This document shows positions 14,255-26,258 of a stretch of DNA of 64,000 nucleotides, in pieces. The notes beneath the pieces were generated by a model. It was given only the letters and a program-made list of their open reading frames with translations, had not been told where the DNA came from and searched no databases. Position 1 is the first letter of the stretch, and every line of letters begins with the position of its first letter. This DNA comes from the human T2T-CHM13v2.0 reference genome, Homo sapiens, in the NCBI RefSeq assembly GCF_009914755.1, contig NC_060927.1, one strand, 5' to 3'. The translations under genes and the position numbers were made by a program.

Positions 14255-15480
14255 TCTATGAAAGACACTGTTAAGAGAAGGAGAAGACAAGCCCCAGACT
14301 GGGAGAAAGTATTTGCAAAAGACACATCTGATAAAGGAATGTTATCCATAATATACAAAGAACTCTTAAAACTCAACAATAAGAAAATAAGCAACCCAAT
14401 TAAAAAACAGGCAAAAGACCTAAAGAGATACTTCACTGGGCCAGGTGCAGTGGCTCACGCCTGTAATCCCAGCACTTTGGGAGGCTGAGGCGGGCAGATC
14501 ACGAGGTCAGGAGTTCGAGATACTTCACTGAAGAAGATATGCAGATGGGAAATAAGCGTATGAAAATACATTCGACATCATAGGTCATTAGGGAACTTCA
14601 GATTAAAGCCACACACCTATTAGAATAGCCCAGGCCCTAAACACATAGCACCAAATGCTGGTAATGATATGGAGCATCAGGAACTCTTATTGCTGGTGGG
14701 AATGCAAAAAGGTACAGCCACTTTGGAAGACAGTTTGGCAGCTTCTTACAAAACTAAACATACTCTCACCGTATGATCTAGCAATCGTGCTTCTCAGTAT
14801 GTACCCAAATGAGCTGAAACTTATGGCCACACAAAGATCTGCACACAGATGTTCACGGCAACTTTATTCATAATTGCCCAAACCTGGAAGGAACCAAGAT
14901 GTCCTTCAGCAGGTGAATGGATAAATAAACTGTGACACATCCAGACAATAGTTTATGTTATTCAACACTAAAAAGAAATGAGCTAGCAAGCCATGAAAAG
15001 ACATGGAGGAGCCTTAAATCCATATCAGTAAGTGAGAGAAGCCCATCTGAAAAGGCTATATACTGTATGATTCCAACAAATACGGCATTCCGGAAAAGAA
15101 AAACTGGAGACAGTAAAAAGGTCAGTGGTTGCCAGGAGTAAGGTGGAAGAGAGGGACGAATAGGTGGAGTACAGAGGATCCTTAGGGCAATGAAACTATT
15201 CTGTATGTTATTTTAATGGTGGATACATGTCATACATTTGTCCAAACCCACAGAGTGTTCAATACAAAGAGTGAAACCTAAAGTAAACTACTTTGGGTGA
15301 TAGTGATGTATGAGTGTAGATGAACTGATTATAACAAATGTGCCACTCTGATGCAGGATGTTGATAGTGGGAAGGTGGCACATGTGCTGCGGGAGCGGGT
15401 ATATAGGAACTCTCTGTACCTTCTGCACAATTTTGCTGTGAACCTAAAACTGCTCTAAAAAACAAAGCCTATTTAAAAAA
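14255..15480 (+). mobile_element. L1M (L1MB/MC) 3' fragment
   Basis: ORF2-like remnant ([30 protein letters not shown]; WWECKKVQPLWKTVWQ) plus 3'UTR. Confidence 0.85.
14439..14520 (+). mobile_element. 3'-truncated Alu (first ~82 nt, no poly-A) with 14-bp TSD
   Basis: GAGATACTTCACTG at 14425-14438 and 14517-14530. Confidence 0.9.
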
Positions 15481-15861
15481 CCCAACATTATTAACTGGAA
15501 TTAATGATAAAAATATGTATTTAAAAAAACCCATAAGCACTTCTCAGTGAATAATGATGGTCATCACTAGAAATGTTCCCTGGGTGACGTTTAGTGTGTG
15601 TGTCCTCCTTCCATCAGGGGTGGCAGGAGGGAGGGATGTAAGCACCCTGAATCTACCATGATGCCTCCGTACAGGCAGAGGTCCAGAGAAGGGACAGTGA
15701 CAGGCAGAGCTGAGGGTGGATCCTGCGGTGGCCTAGGCCAGCCCAGCCAAGGCAAGGCTCTCATTTAGACGTTTGGTTCTGGTGCCTGCAGAACCAAAGG
15801 TTTTGCTGTTTTTTTGTTGTTTCCCATGCAGCAATCAGTGATCTGTTAAAAATGGAAATCA

Positions 15862-16236
<375 letters not shown>

Positions 16237-17539
16237 TCAAAGCCCAACATGCTCGTGCCCCTCCAAATTATCTGGCCGCCCCTCACTGCAAGCTGTCCTC
16301 CTGCCTGTTGGTCTTTCTCATCCTTGGACACGTCAAATTCTTCCTGCCAACTGTTCCCTCTGCTGATAATGGCTGCTCCAATCTTCACATTGATGGGAAC
16401 TTCTTGTCACTCAGGCCTTAAGTGTCACTACTGTAGTGGGCCTTTCCCAGACCATCCAGTGTGAGGGCCCCCTTCCCACGCCACTCCCTCCATCACCTCT
16501 GTCTGTACTGATTCTCTGCATGGCATTTGTCGCTATTTAATGTGCTCTGTCTTGCTGACTGCTACATCCAACCTCTTAGAACAGTGACAGCAAATAGTAG
16601 GAGCTTGACAAGTACATGTTGAATGAAGGATTCCAATGAGATCTTCCAATGAGATAATGCGTGTGAGGGCAGAAGGGATGATTTTTATCATTAATAGATG
16701 AGACAAATAAAAATAAAAAATCCTCTGACTGGTCTCATGACTCAGGTGCTGCAAGCACAAAACCTCAGGAGTTGAGGATGACACATATTTCCCTTATAAA
16801 CAGCTTGTATTCTGCAGCAGCTTGGCAGCCACACCACTGAACTCTTGACCTCCCCTCTGAGCTGCAGTGGGGAATATCTAACGACCTGCTAGACACCTTC
16901 ACTTCAACACCTCAGCCATATCACATCCAGTGCTACATGCATCACTATCTGCCAAAACCAACATTTCCTCCCACACACTTGCTCAGTTAAAGATACCCAA
17001 GTCTTCCCACAGCCTCCAACTGGTTTTGTTCTCTTCCTCCTGCAACATCTCATCATTTGGCAGCTCCTGAGGGGCACTTGGCCATGTCTGTCCTGTCCCT
17101 CCCATTCCTGCTGCTGCTGCAGGGTGCGGGCCCCCTCCTCCTCTCTCTCTCTCACTCTCTGAGAATTGCCTCCTAGCTGACACCGCGACCTTCAAGGGCT
17201 ATTCATGGTAACTGAATTTAGCAAAAATGACTACTTTCTCCTCATTCCTGTCCTTTAAGGGTTTTGATTACTAACTGCGACACACGAAGAATGTGTAAAA
17301 ATACTTTTAAGGGACCTTGCCCTTAAAAGTATCTACAGGTATTCTAGAAAACCAGTATAGCTAAAGCCTGCCCTGGCTTGAGTGCTACTGGGGAAGGAAG
17401 AGCTCAGCCTCACACCCTTCACCCCCTTGCAGAAGGGAGTGAGTCTGCCACAGGCCAGCTGCCCTGGCTTGCATCATAATGTGAGCTATCTAAGGCTAGA
17501 GCCGAGGTAGAAATATTAGCTGCTGAATAGCAGGTTGGT

Positions 17540-17745
17540 CTGGACCTGTACAATCCACTAGGGTGGCCACTGGCCATGTTGGCTGTTTACATTTCCATTT
17601 AAGCTAATTCCAATTAAATAACGATTTTAAAAAGATCACACTAACCACAGTGTCATGTTCACTAGCTATATGTGGCCACACACTGGACAGATAGCTATAG
17701 AATATTTCCACATTGCAGAAAGTGCTATTAGATGGCTCTATTCTA
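17540..17745. mobile_element. MER3/MER33-like hAT MITE
   Basis: GGCCACTGGCCATGTTGGCTG...ATATTTCCACATTGCAGAAAGTGCTATT. Confidence 0.65.
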
Positions 17746-18435
17746 GATCCTCAAGACTTATATCAGGTGAATTTTTTGCATTAATTTAGTCAGAAGATGT
17801 TTAATATTCTCCTAGAATGTGCTGCTGGGCTTCAACCATGGCCAGTATCCACATAGTCCCTTTCCTCATGGATTAGTGGGGAAAAAAGGGTCCTTGCAGA
17901 CTTTATTCCTTGGAAATTTGGACCTAGGACTCTTTTTACCTGCACTGATCATAATGTCACCACCAACTACTAACTGCCTCCAGACACTTTGGCTTTCCAA
18001 GTCAAGATAAGGCGTTAATCAATGAAAAGTAGAAAGACAGCATTGTCCTCTTCCAAAGACCCCAATATGCTTTTGAAATATGACTTTCCCAGTATGTACA
18101 GGAGGCTAAGGAAGGAGGAGAACAAGATTACAAATCTATAGTAGTTTTCAATTTGGGGAACCTAAAAAGTAGAGGACTGAAGTAAAATTAATTTTTTCTG
18201 TGCCAGAGACTGTGCTAGATACTTGGTATATTGGAATGAACAAGAGGTAACCGACTTGATCATATATTGTAATGAACAGACTCAGCACTCCTGTTGGCCC
18301 CTGCAACAAAGTCAGCTTGGGTCTTTTCTCTGTTACAGGTATCAGCGTTGTGGATTGCTGTTTCTAGTCCACAGTTATTCCTGAAATGCTCTTCAGTTGC
18401 CAGGTACAGCACTTGGTCCATAACCCAAAGGGGAT

Positions 18436-18437
18436 AC

Positions 18438-18473
<36 letters not shown>
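18436..18473. repeat. (TAT)n microsatellite, about 12 units
   Basis: Read directly; adjoins the 3' end of the pseudogene. Confidence 0.95.
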
Positions 18474-18477
<4 letters not shown>

Positions 18478-18479
18478 AT

Positions 18480-19765
18480 TTTTTTAAAAATTTCTTTTCA
18501 TAGAATGCATTTTTGTATTAGAGATTCCTCTAGTGGGAAAATAACAGTTTATTACTTATAGTTCTATATTTGTGGACAGATCGTTTTAGAACAAGTAAAA
18601 CACATTTGAGAATGAAGTCTCAGTTTAGAATTTGTAATATTTTGATACTTCTACAAGGGGGACCTTGCCCTTAAACAGAACTTTGCTATACTCAGAAGCA
18701 TTCCAAGCTTTTCTTCCTAGGATTTAGAAATTCATAATGTGAGATATCAGCATTTCCTAATTTTCAACTTCCCCTAGAATATGTAACCATCAGTAGCTGG
18801 TGTCTACTGAATAGAGAGGGAAGTTTTTGAAAATTAAACACGGTCTCATTTTCTGCAAAGTTTTTATTCATGAATTAACAGTATTTCTCTTTGCCCATTA
18901 TTCCCAAGGCAAGTACAGAAGAAATTTGATCATGTAGTAATAGTAATAAAGCTGGATTCTCTTTAAGAGATTGATAAATTCAAAGGCAAAAGCTCATATA
19001 TCATGTTGAGTTATATGTGAGTCTTATAAGAAGCTGGGAGGCAACCCCGTTAACTCACCAGAATACAGACCTCAGTCTCACAATTTCTTGGACATAATTC
19101 TTCTCAAACCTTTTCCTCAAAGCTTAAATTCTGAAAATAGTCTGGTGATTAAGAGAAGATGGCTGTCCACCAATGGATTTATCTGTTATTTCTTCCTTAT
19201 TGTGAGTTGAATGGCGTGACAAAGTGAAGGCAAAGAGGCATGCATTAATTCTTCAAAGTATAAGTCAAAAAGGTCAGCGCTTCTACAATGTGGCAGTATC
19301 TTTGCAGATGCCCACATCATGATAGTTGAAAGAGCAAAGCCCAGAAAAGGCTAAAGCTGAAAGTGCCAAAAGGCCTGCCTTGGCAGCTTTCTGCAATGCA
19401 TCCCCATGAACACAGTCAGGAACAACTTGTCCAAGGCCCCAAGACCATGAAGAGTGAGAGTTGCAGCCACGGAGTAGGCCATCACAGAGCAAGGATTCAG
19501 TTAAGCAGCTAGAAGCAGGCCCAGGAGCAAAACACTGACAATCCTCTCACTAGTCCAGTGGACAGATGCAGCCTTGGAACCAGAAAGGTGGCTCAGTGAC
19601 AAATGAATGTGCTGCACTCCACGCCATTCTGGGGTAGGTTGGGTCCTGAAGAAATCCTGAGATCTGAGCAGGTCTGACAACTGGGGCTCGCAGGAACAGA
19701 GCTCAGCCTCCTTGGGCACCACAGAGGGCACTCAGCCTCTAGAGAACCTCCATCTCTTCCCTCAG
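18480..19765 (-). pseudogene. SDHDP4: Processed pseudogene of succinate dehydrogenase subunit D (probably SDHDP4); CDS remnant 19274-19753 plus 3'UTR
   Basis: Intronless SDHD copy: [26 protein letters not shown] and [23 protein letters not shown]. Stops at codons 5, 17 and 84 plus frameshifts. 3'UTR AATAAA (TTTATT 18548-18553), then an (AAT)n tail remnant. Confidence 0.92.
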
Positions 19766-21224
19766 AGTATGCTTATAGTGCCCTGTCCTCCAGAACTCAC
19801 CTTTGGCAGGGTGAGAATGCAAGAGAGAAATAGCCCTTAGAAAAGGGGACCAGCAACCTTTTATAGTCACCCAGCTCTGAATTCTAGTTGCAAAGAAAGA
19901 AACACAGCAAAGAAAACAAGAGGATAGGGCTTTTTTCAGGAATGGACCTAAACTAGATTGCAGCAAAGGGAGTCACATTTGCACAAGCTCCTTTGAGAAA
20001 GCGGAAGTTCTCTCTATGACTTCCTTGCGTCTTCCCTTCTCCCCAGCCTCATGATCCTCTCTGCATCCCAGGAGAGGGCATGTGAGTGCTCTAGAGCAGC
20101 TCTTCCAGACCTGGATGGAAGAACCTACCTAAGCTTCCCCACCTCACCTGGACCACGGGGACCCGTGCAGAGGAGGGAATCTTCCCACACCGGTGCATTT
20201 ACCCCTTCTCCTCTTCCCTGACGGCCAGCCTCACCTTCCTTCCTCCCCCGAGACTCACTCCAACGTCTAGGGGCAAGCAGTGTCTACCTTGTATGCTCTT
20301 ACCTGATGAGGAAACAGCCTGAGTCAAGAGAAGGGAGAAGCACAGGCTTTTCCTCACCCATGGCAATTGCAATAGTGCGTGTCTCACCTCGCTGCAAGCT
20401 TTCCAAGGACGCAATCAAACACGGGGGAGAAACAAATTCAGCCAAGAAAGTCAAGTAAGGGAACATCTTCTTCCCTCTAGCACCAGTTCCTTTTGTGTCT
20501 TTATTTGCCAAGTGAGAGGGAGGAGTGAGATGCCAGAGCATCTGGCTGGTTCTCAGCTATGTATAGTTTCAGACACCATTTATTTGCAATGAGCGCCCGC
20601 CGAGGGAAGGGAATTTCACGGCTCCCTCGCACCGCCGTTCCTTAAGGCTGATGAATCAGACACCTCTTTCGTTCTTACTGTGCATGCCCTCTACCTTTCA
20701 GATGACCTATTTGTTGGCCTTTTTCCATTTAGACAATAAACCCAAGTGCACCTTCTGCATCCCTTTGCTCTACGGGAACTGAGGGTGATGAAGGGGACAT
20801 GCGCCTGGGAGTACCACGCCATGACAGAGCGGCATTGAGTCCTCGGGACAATCAATACACCAAGAGGTGGAAATTAACATCCACAAGAGTGTAGTCATGA
20901 TTTTCCCCCAGAACAAATATATAAAAGGGATCTTTGTCATAACAATGACAGGAAATCATTAATCACATCAGGATTGAAGTCCCCACTGTAGCAGTGGATG
21001 GGAAGACTTCGTCTGTGATCTTCATTAAAAATGCAATATTTTGTATATTTAGCTTTTTTCAAAGTTTTACCAAAACACCTGTAATTAATACAATTTATTG
21101 TATTATCTTTGTTAATGTATCTGATGTGCAAAACCTTACTAGATTTGCCCCAATTTGAAGGTGTCTGTGGCTTTCCAGCACTCCATGTGTTCCTAGCTAC
21201 ATCTCACAGGCAGACTTTCTAAAG

Positions 21225-21735
21225 CAGTGCCTTTCAATAGCACTGTTGGCGACGATGGACAGGTTCTGTATCTGCATTGTCCATTGGGATAGCCACTAGC
21301 TGCATGTGGCTATTGAGCACTTGAAATGTACCTGGCATGACTGAGAAACTAGTTAACACTTAAAACATTTTTCTTTTTTGATACAGGGTCTCAGTCTGTT
21401 GCCCAGGGTGGAGTGCAGTGGTGCAATCTTGGCTCACTACAACCTCTGCCTCCTGATCCTTCCACCTCAGCTTCCCTGAGTATCTGGGACTACAGGCATG
21501 GGCCACCATGCCTGCCTAATTGTTTTTGTGTGTTTTGTAGAGATGAGGTTTCACCATGTTGTCCAGGCTGTTCTTGAACTCCTAGGCTCTGCCTAGTGAT
21601 CTGCCCGCCTCAGTCTCTCAGAGTGCTGGGACTACAGAGGTGAGCCACTGCACTGGCCCTAGTTAGCATTTTAATTAATTTGAATTTAAATAGGCACATC
21701 TGCCTAGTAGCTACTGTGTTGGATAGCACAGCCCT
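21225..21735. mobile_element. MER3-like element split by an antisense AluJ (21368-21658)
   Basis: GCCACTAGCTGCATGTGGCTATTGAGCACTTGAAATGT. Alu TSD CTAGTTA(A/G)CA. Confidence 0.8.
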
Positions 21736-21789
21736 CCGGGTTCTGGTACGTCTGTCAAGGCCAGAAAAGGTATGTTGCGATGGATAGTG

Positions 21790-22150
21790 CTACATCTGCC
21801 ACTGGGTGGTAATCTGATACAGGCCTGCTCAGGTGACACCACCTAAAGAAATCTCATCAGTGTGCACCTCTGGCAAGCCTGACAAGGCTGACTTCTCTCG
21901 ATGGGATCCTCCAATTTCCCCATTCCCTGTAAGCAGCTGTGCTGTCTAGGAAGAGAATTTGCTCTTAGATCATCAGTCTGTATGTGCGTCTTCAGATGAG
22001 ACAGTTTCCCCTTATCCCAGCAGTTTTCAGCTTTTTGTTTCTGGTTGCAAATGATTGACTCCGCTGATTGCTGGAAGCTACACAGGTGACTCCCCACCCT
22101 CTTGGGCTACCCCACCAGTGACAACACAGGCAGGGGTGGCCTGGCTTCCT
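21790..22150 (+). promoter_or_regulatory. CCR9: CCR9 proximal promoter with E-box cluster
   Basis: CATCTG 21793, CAGGTG 21830, CAGCTG 21934, CAGATG 21993, CAGGTG 22083 and ETS-like CTTCCT 22145. No clear TATA box and no CpG island. Confidence 0.45.
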
Positions 22151-22295
22151 TTCTCGTGTTGTTATCGGGTAGCTGCCTGCTCAGAACCCACAAAGCCTGC
22201 CCCTCATCCCAGGCAGAGAGCAACCCAGCTCTTTCCCCAGACACTGAGAGCTGGTGGTGCCTGCTGTCCCAGGGAGAGTTGCATCGCCCTCCACA
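22144..22295 (+). other. CCR9: CCR9 exon 1 (5'UTR, non-coding)
   Basis: Matches the recalled CCR9 mRNA 5'UTR (GCTTCCTTTCTCGTGTTG...GCCCTCCACA). Ends at donor CACA|GTGAGT (GT 22296-22297) and contains no ATG. The 5' end is approximate. Confidence 0.8.
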
Positions 22296-22878
22296 GTGAG
22301 TATTGCTCTTCTTCTTGTTGCCCCCAACCCAGTGTCATCTTGGCCCTCAGTTGTGTGCTGCTATGATGGCTTCTAAAACCTGGGCTTGCACTCATTTGTT
22401 CAGAGGTCATGGGCACCAGGCACTTTTCTAGAAACTTCCAGGAAGGTAAATGGGAATTGGTGATGCCCAACCCAGGTTTCTTGTAGGGCGAGTAATAAAA
22501 CTCCCTCCCCCTTCACATACATGAAGCTTAGGCTTAAGGCAGTCTGTGATTTATACCTTAAAGGAAGGAGAAGCAGGTGCTGGGGGACAAGATGGTGGCC
22601 AGGGGTAAAGGACACACCCATGAGGTCCTTGAGTCTGAGACACTGCCCCATGGAAAGGATTCTTTGTAGCAGTGAAAAACTGGAAACAAGGAAACTATGC
22701 ATCAGGAGGCGAATGGTTAAATGAATTGTGATGTATCTAGACAATGGAATACACAGCAGCCATCCAATTCTATGATACGGTTCTATGTTGAATTGGCATG
22801 GAAGGTGATCCATGAAAGATGGGCAATTAGAAAGCAAGATAGAAGATTATATGTGTAGTCTGATTTCCTTTCTATTAA

Positions 22879-22915
22879 GTGCGTGTGTGTCTGTGTGTGT
22901 GTGTGTGTGTGTGTG
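22879..22915. repeat. (TG)n microsatellite in CCR9 intron 1
   Basis: 12 pure TG units at 22892-22915 plus an imperfect left part. Confidence 0.95.
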
Positions 22916-24625
22916 AGGTTGTGTTACAGAGAAAAAGTCAGAAAGGAAGTATCTCAGAAACTTAACAATGGCTAAACTAGGAAAGGGTGCTTCAGGAGTT
23001 TTTATTTTCTATATTATGTATGTTGGCATTTTGGGGATTTTTTGTGCATTGTAAAAATACTCCTTTATGATCAGAGTAAAGCAAAAAGTTATTTTAAATG
23101 ACTCATCAGTGGATGCTGGTTTGCCTTTTCAAACACACCTACCCTCTTTAGTTCTGAATTAGCTGTTACTCCATAGACGGCTGGCAAGTCCATCCAGAGA
23201 GTGGTCACTGTGTGCTGAACCGGAAGGGCTGTGCAGCAGCCAGTCTGTGGGATCCCATCTCCTTACTCCCTTTCCTGAACGAGCAAAAGCTAATTTACTA
23301 TTTCAGCATCTGGAATTTCGGAGTCCTTTTCTTCCAATATCTGCTTATCTGTTCTGAAGCCTCTTTGTGTAGGCCTCACTCACAGGCTTGTGTTGGGAGC
23401 CCCTGGGCCCTGTGCAGCCCCTGCTGGGCGGTTGGCAGGCATCTGATCCAGGCATGGTGAGTGGATGGATCTGATAGATGGCTCAGAGACCCTGCCTCGT
23501 GTAGGGAACAAAAAGCAGAGCTATGAAAAAATGTAAGAGATGATTCAAGCTCCGTGTAGCAAATTGTACAAAGTTCAAAGTAAGGACCTGCATTCCTGAC
23601 TCATGTTAGTATCTGATTTGATGTTAGTGCTGTAAGCATCAGAGGCTATAAGTGTGGGGAGATGCTGTGTGCACAATAACCCCATGCTGATTTTCATGTT
23701 GGCTACGTAAGAATGTTAGAGAATACAAAAATAGTGATTGGATAATAATAGGTTCCAAGCTAACTTTTCTAATAGGCACTTTTCTCTTTTGGAGAATTAG
23801 CAGCTCTCTCCCTTCCTTTATCTCCCAGGTCCCTGCACATACCCCATGCTTTCTGACTTTCATGCCTTAGTGCATATGTTTTCCCACCCTGGAGCAATGT
23901 TCCCTCCCCTCGTTGCATGTCTCCATGCTCTTCGGCCTTCAAGGACCCGCAAAAATGTCACCTCTTCAATGAAGCCCTCCTGGATTCTCCCCAGAGCTAA
24001 AGACATGACCTCCTTCTTCCAATTCCTACCACAACTCATAGCACTTTCCCTTTGTTGTTATTTGCAGCCATGACTTACTCAGTGTATTTGAATGCAAGCT
24101 TCTTGAGGACATGGATCATGTCTTACACATTGTTTAAGCCAAATAAATGTATCAGGTACTCAAGGCACATTGAATAAGTGGGTTCGATGGATGGCCCATG
24201 GCACCTGCAACAAGGCCTCACTGAGCAGCAAGGGAGAGATTTGCCACAGTGCTGAGTCAACTGCCCATCCACTCCCGACAGACCGCTGAGATGGTCCTCA
24301 CTCTCAGTATGTTTGGTCATATGTGGGATTTTCCCCCCTATATTTTTCCCGCTTTCTCACTGGCAAGACAAAAATGAAAGCAAGCACTGAGACTTAGTAG
24401 CTGGGAGAATAAAATATTTGAGAAGTATTCTGACAAAAATGAAAGAGAAATAGATGGCAAGGCTGTCTGTGGAGGTTCTAGATGTGGGCTCTAGGGAGGG
24501 GTATGTCCTGTTTTTACTCTTTGGCTCTCTCCAAATTTTCTATGAGCCAGAAGCAGATGCATATTTTATAAACTGTAATATATTACATTCTATTATACAC
24601 CATAATATATTACATGATATATACT

Positions 24626-24924
24626 ATTTGTTTATTTATTTTAGAGACAGGGTCTTGCTCTGTCACTCAGGCTGCAGTGCAGCAGTGCAATGTTAGCTCA
24701 CTTCAGCCTTGAACTCCTGGGTTCAAGCGATTGTCCTGCGTCAGCCAGCTGAGTAGCTGGGACTACAGGGTAGGCAACCATGCCTGGCATATTTTTAAAT
24801 TTTTTGTAGAGATGGGGTCTTGCTCTGTTGCCCAGGCTGATCTCAAATTCCTGGCCTCAAGTGATGCTCCCACCTCAGCCTCCCAAAGTGTTGGAATTAC
24901 AGGCATGAGCCATCTTGCCTGGCT
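24626..24924 (-). mobile_element. AluJ element
   Basis: Antisense diverged Alu dimer. Confidence 0.9.
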
Positions 24925-25897
24925 TGTGTTTATATATTACCTTTAAAAAAAAAAATAAAGAGAAACCTTTATAGAAAGCTAGTGTACAACTTAGTTGCAT
25001 AAAGTAGCCTCGGTGAATGTAATTACTAGACTTGCTCTTTCTGCGGTAGCTGGAGCAGGCTACAAGTTCCTCCTCTAGATGAGTTTTGTAAACAGGTGTG
25101 CTGAACGTTAGAGCATTGGGCTTCTTCTTCTTTTTTTTTTAAATCTGACAAGTTATTTTTATGACAGCTCTTAAAATAAAATTTTACACACTTGGTAAGA
25201 TATTTAAATAGTTTGCAAAATCTAAATGAAAACATGAAAGTTCATTTTCCACTGGTCACAGTGGTTCAGTCTCCTTCCAGAAAATGTTTCGGTGCTGGTG
25301 AGCAGTGCAGTGTATGTCTTTTTCTATTTTTTTTTTTTTAAAGATCACACAACATAAGTCTTCCTACATGTTGCATTTTAATCTTATAGTCTTGAGGACC
25401 TCTTTTCTATCAGCATGAGGACCATCCTTGTTTATTGGCTACACATGGTTTATTGGATTGATGTGTCATAATATTACCAATTGCTGAATATTTAAGTTGT
25501 TTTCCAATTTTTGTTCTGCTCCAACATATATCCCTATACCTGGACCCTTGTGTTCTTTTGTGAGAATACCAGTAGGGCAAATTCCAAGCAGATGCGCTGC
25601 AGAGTCAGAGATGTTGTGCTTTGTAAATTTTGACAGATATGGCTTAACCCTCCAAAAAGATCACATAAATTTATACTCCTCACAGCAGTGTGGAGGCCTT
25701 TTTTCCAAACTCTTACCAATGTCGTTACCATCTATTGCTATTTCCAATCTGAAACTTGCTGTCACTCACTATAACAAAGCCATTCTTTCTTCTTTTTGTG
25801 GTTTCTTTCTTTGGGAATTTTTCTCAGGTATTACATGATTAATATTCAGTCCTTTCATGCAAGCAAAAAGGAGGTGACATAAGCCCTGGGTATTAGA

Positions 25898-26258
25898 AAT
25901 ATATATATATATTTATATAAATATATATATAACATATATATATATTTATATAAATATATATATAACATATATATATATTTATATAAATATATATATAACA
26001 TATATATATATTTATATAAATATATATATAACATATATATATTTATATAAATATATATATAACATATATATATTTATATAAATATATATATAACATATAT
26101 ATATTTATATAAATATATATATAACATATATATATTTATATAAATATATATATGTTATATATATATTTATATAAATATATATATAACATATATATATATT
26201 TATATAAATATATATATAACATATATATATAACATATATATATATATAACATATATAA
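25898..26258. repeat. AT-rich minisatellite (31/33-bp units, about 10 copies) with one inverted unit
   Basis: AAC anchors at 25931, 25964, 25997, 26030, 26061, 26092, 26123, 26185 and 26218; GTT instead at 26154. Confidence 0.95.

Noticed and set aside
19283-19731. SDHD-like ORFs as a functional gene
   Set aside because: Stops at codons 5, 17 and 84, frameshifts, no introns and a tail remnant mark it as a processed pseudogene.
25898-26258. Regularly spaced repeats superficially like a CRISPR array
   Set aside because: There are no unique spacers; it is a tandem AT-rich VNTR in human DNA.
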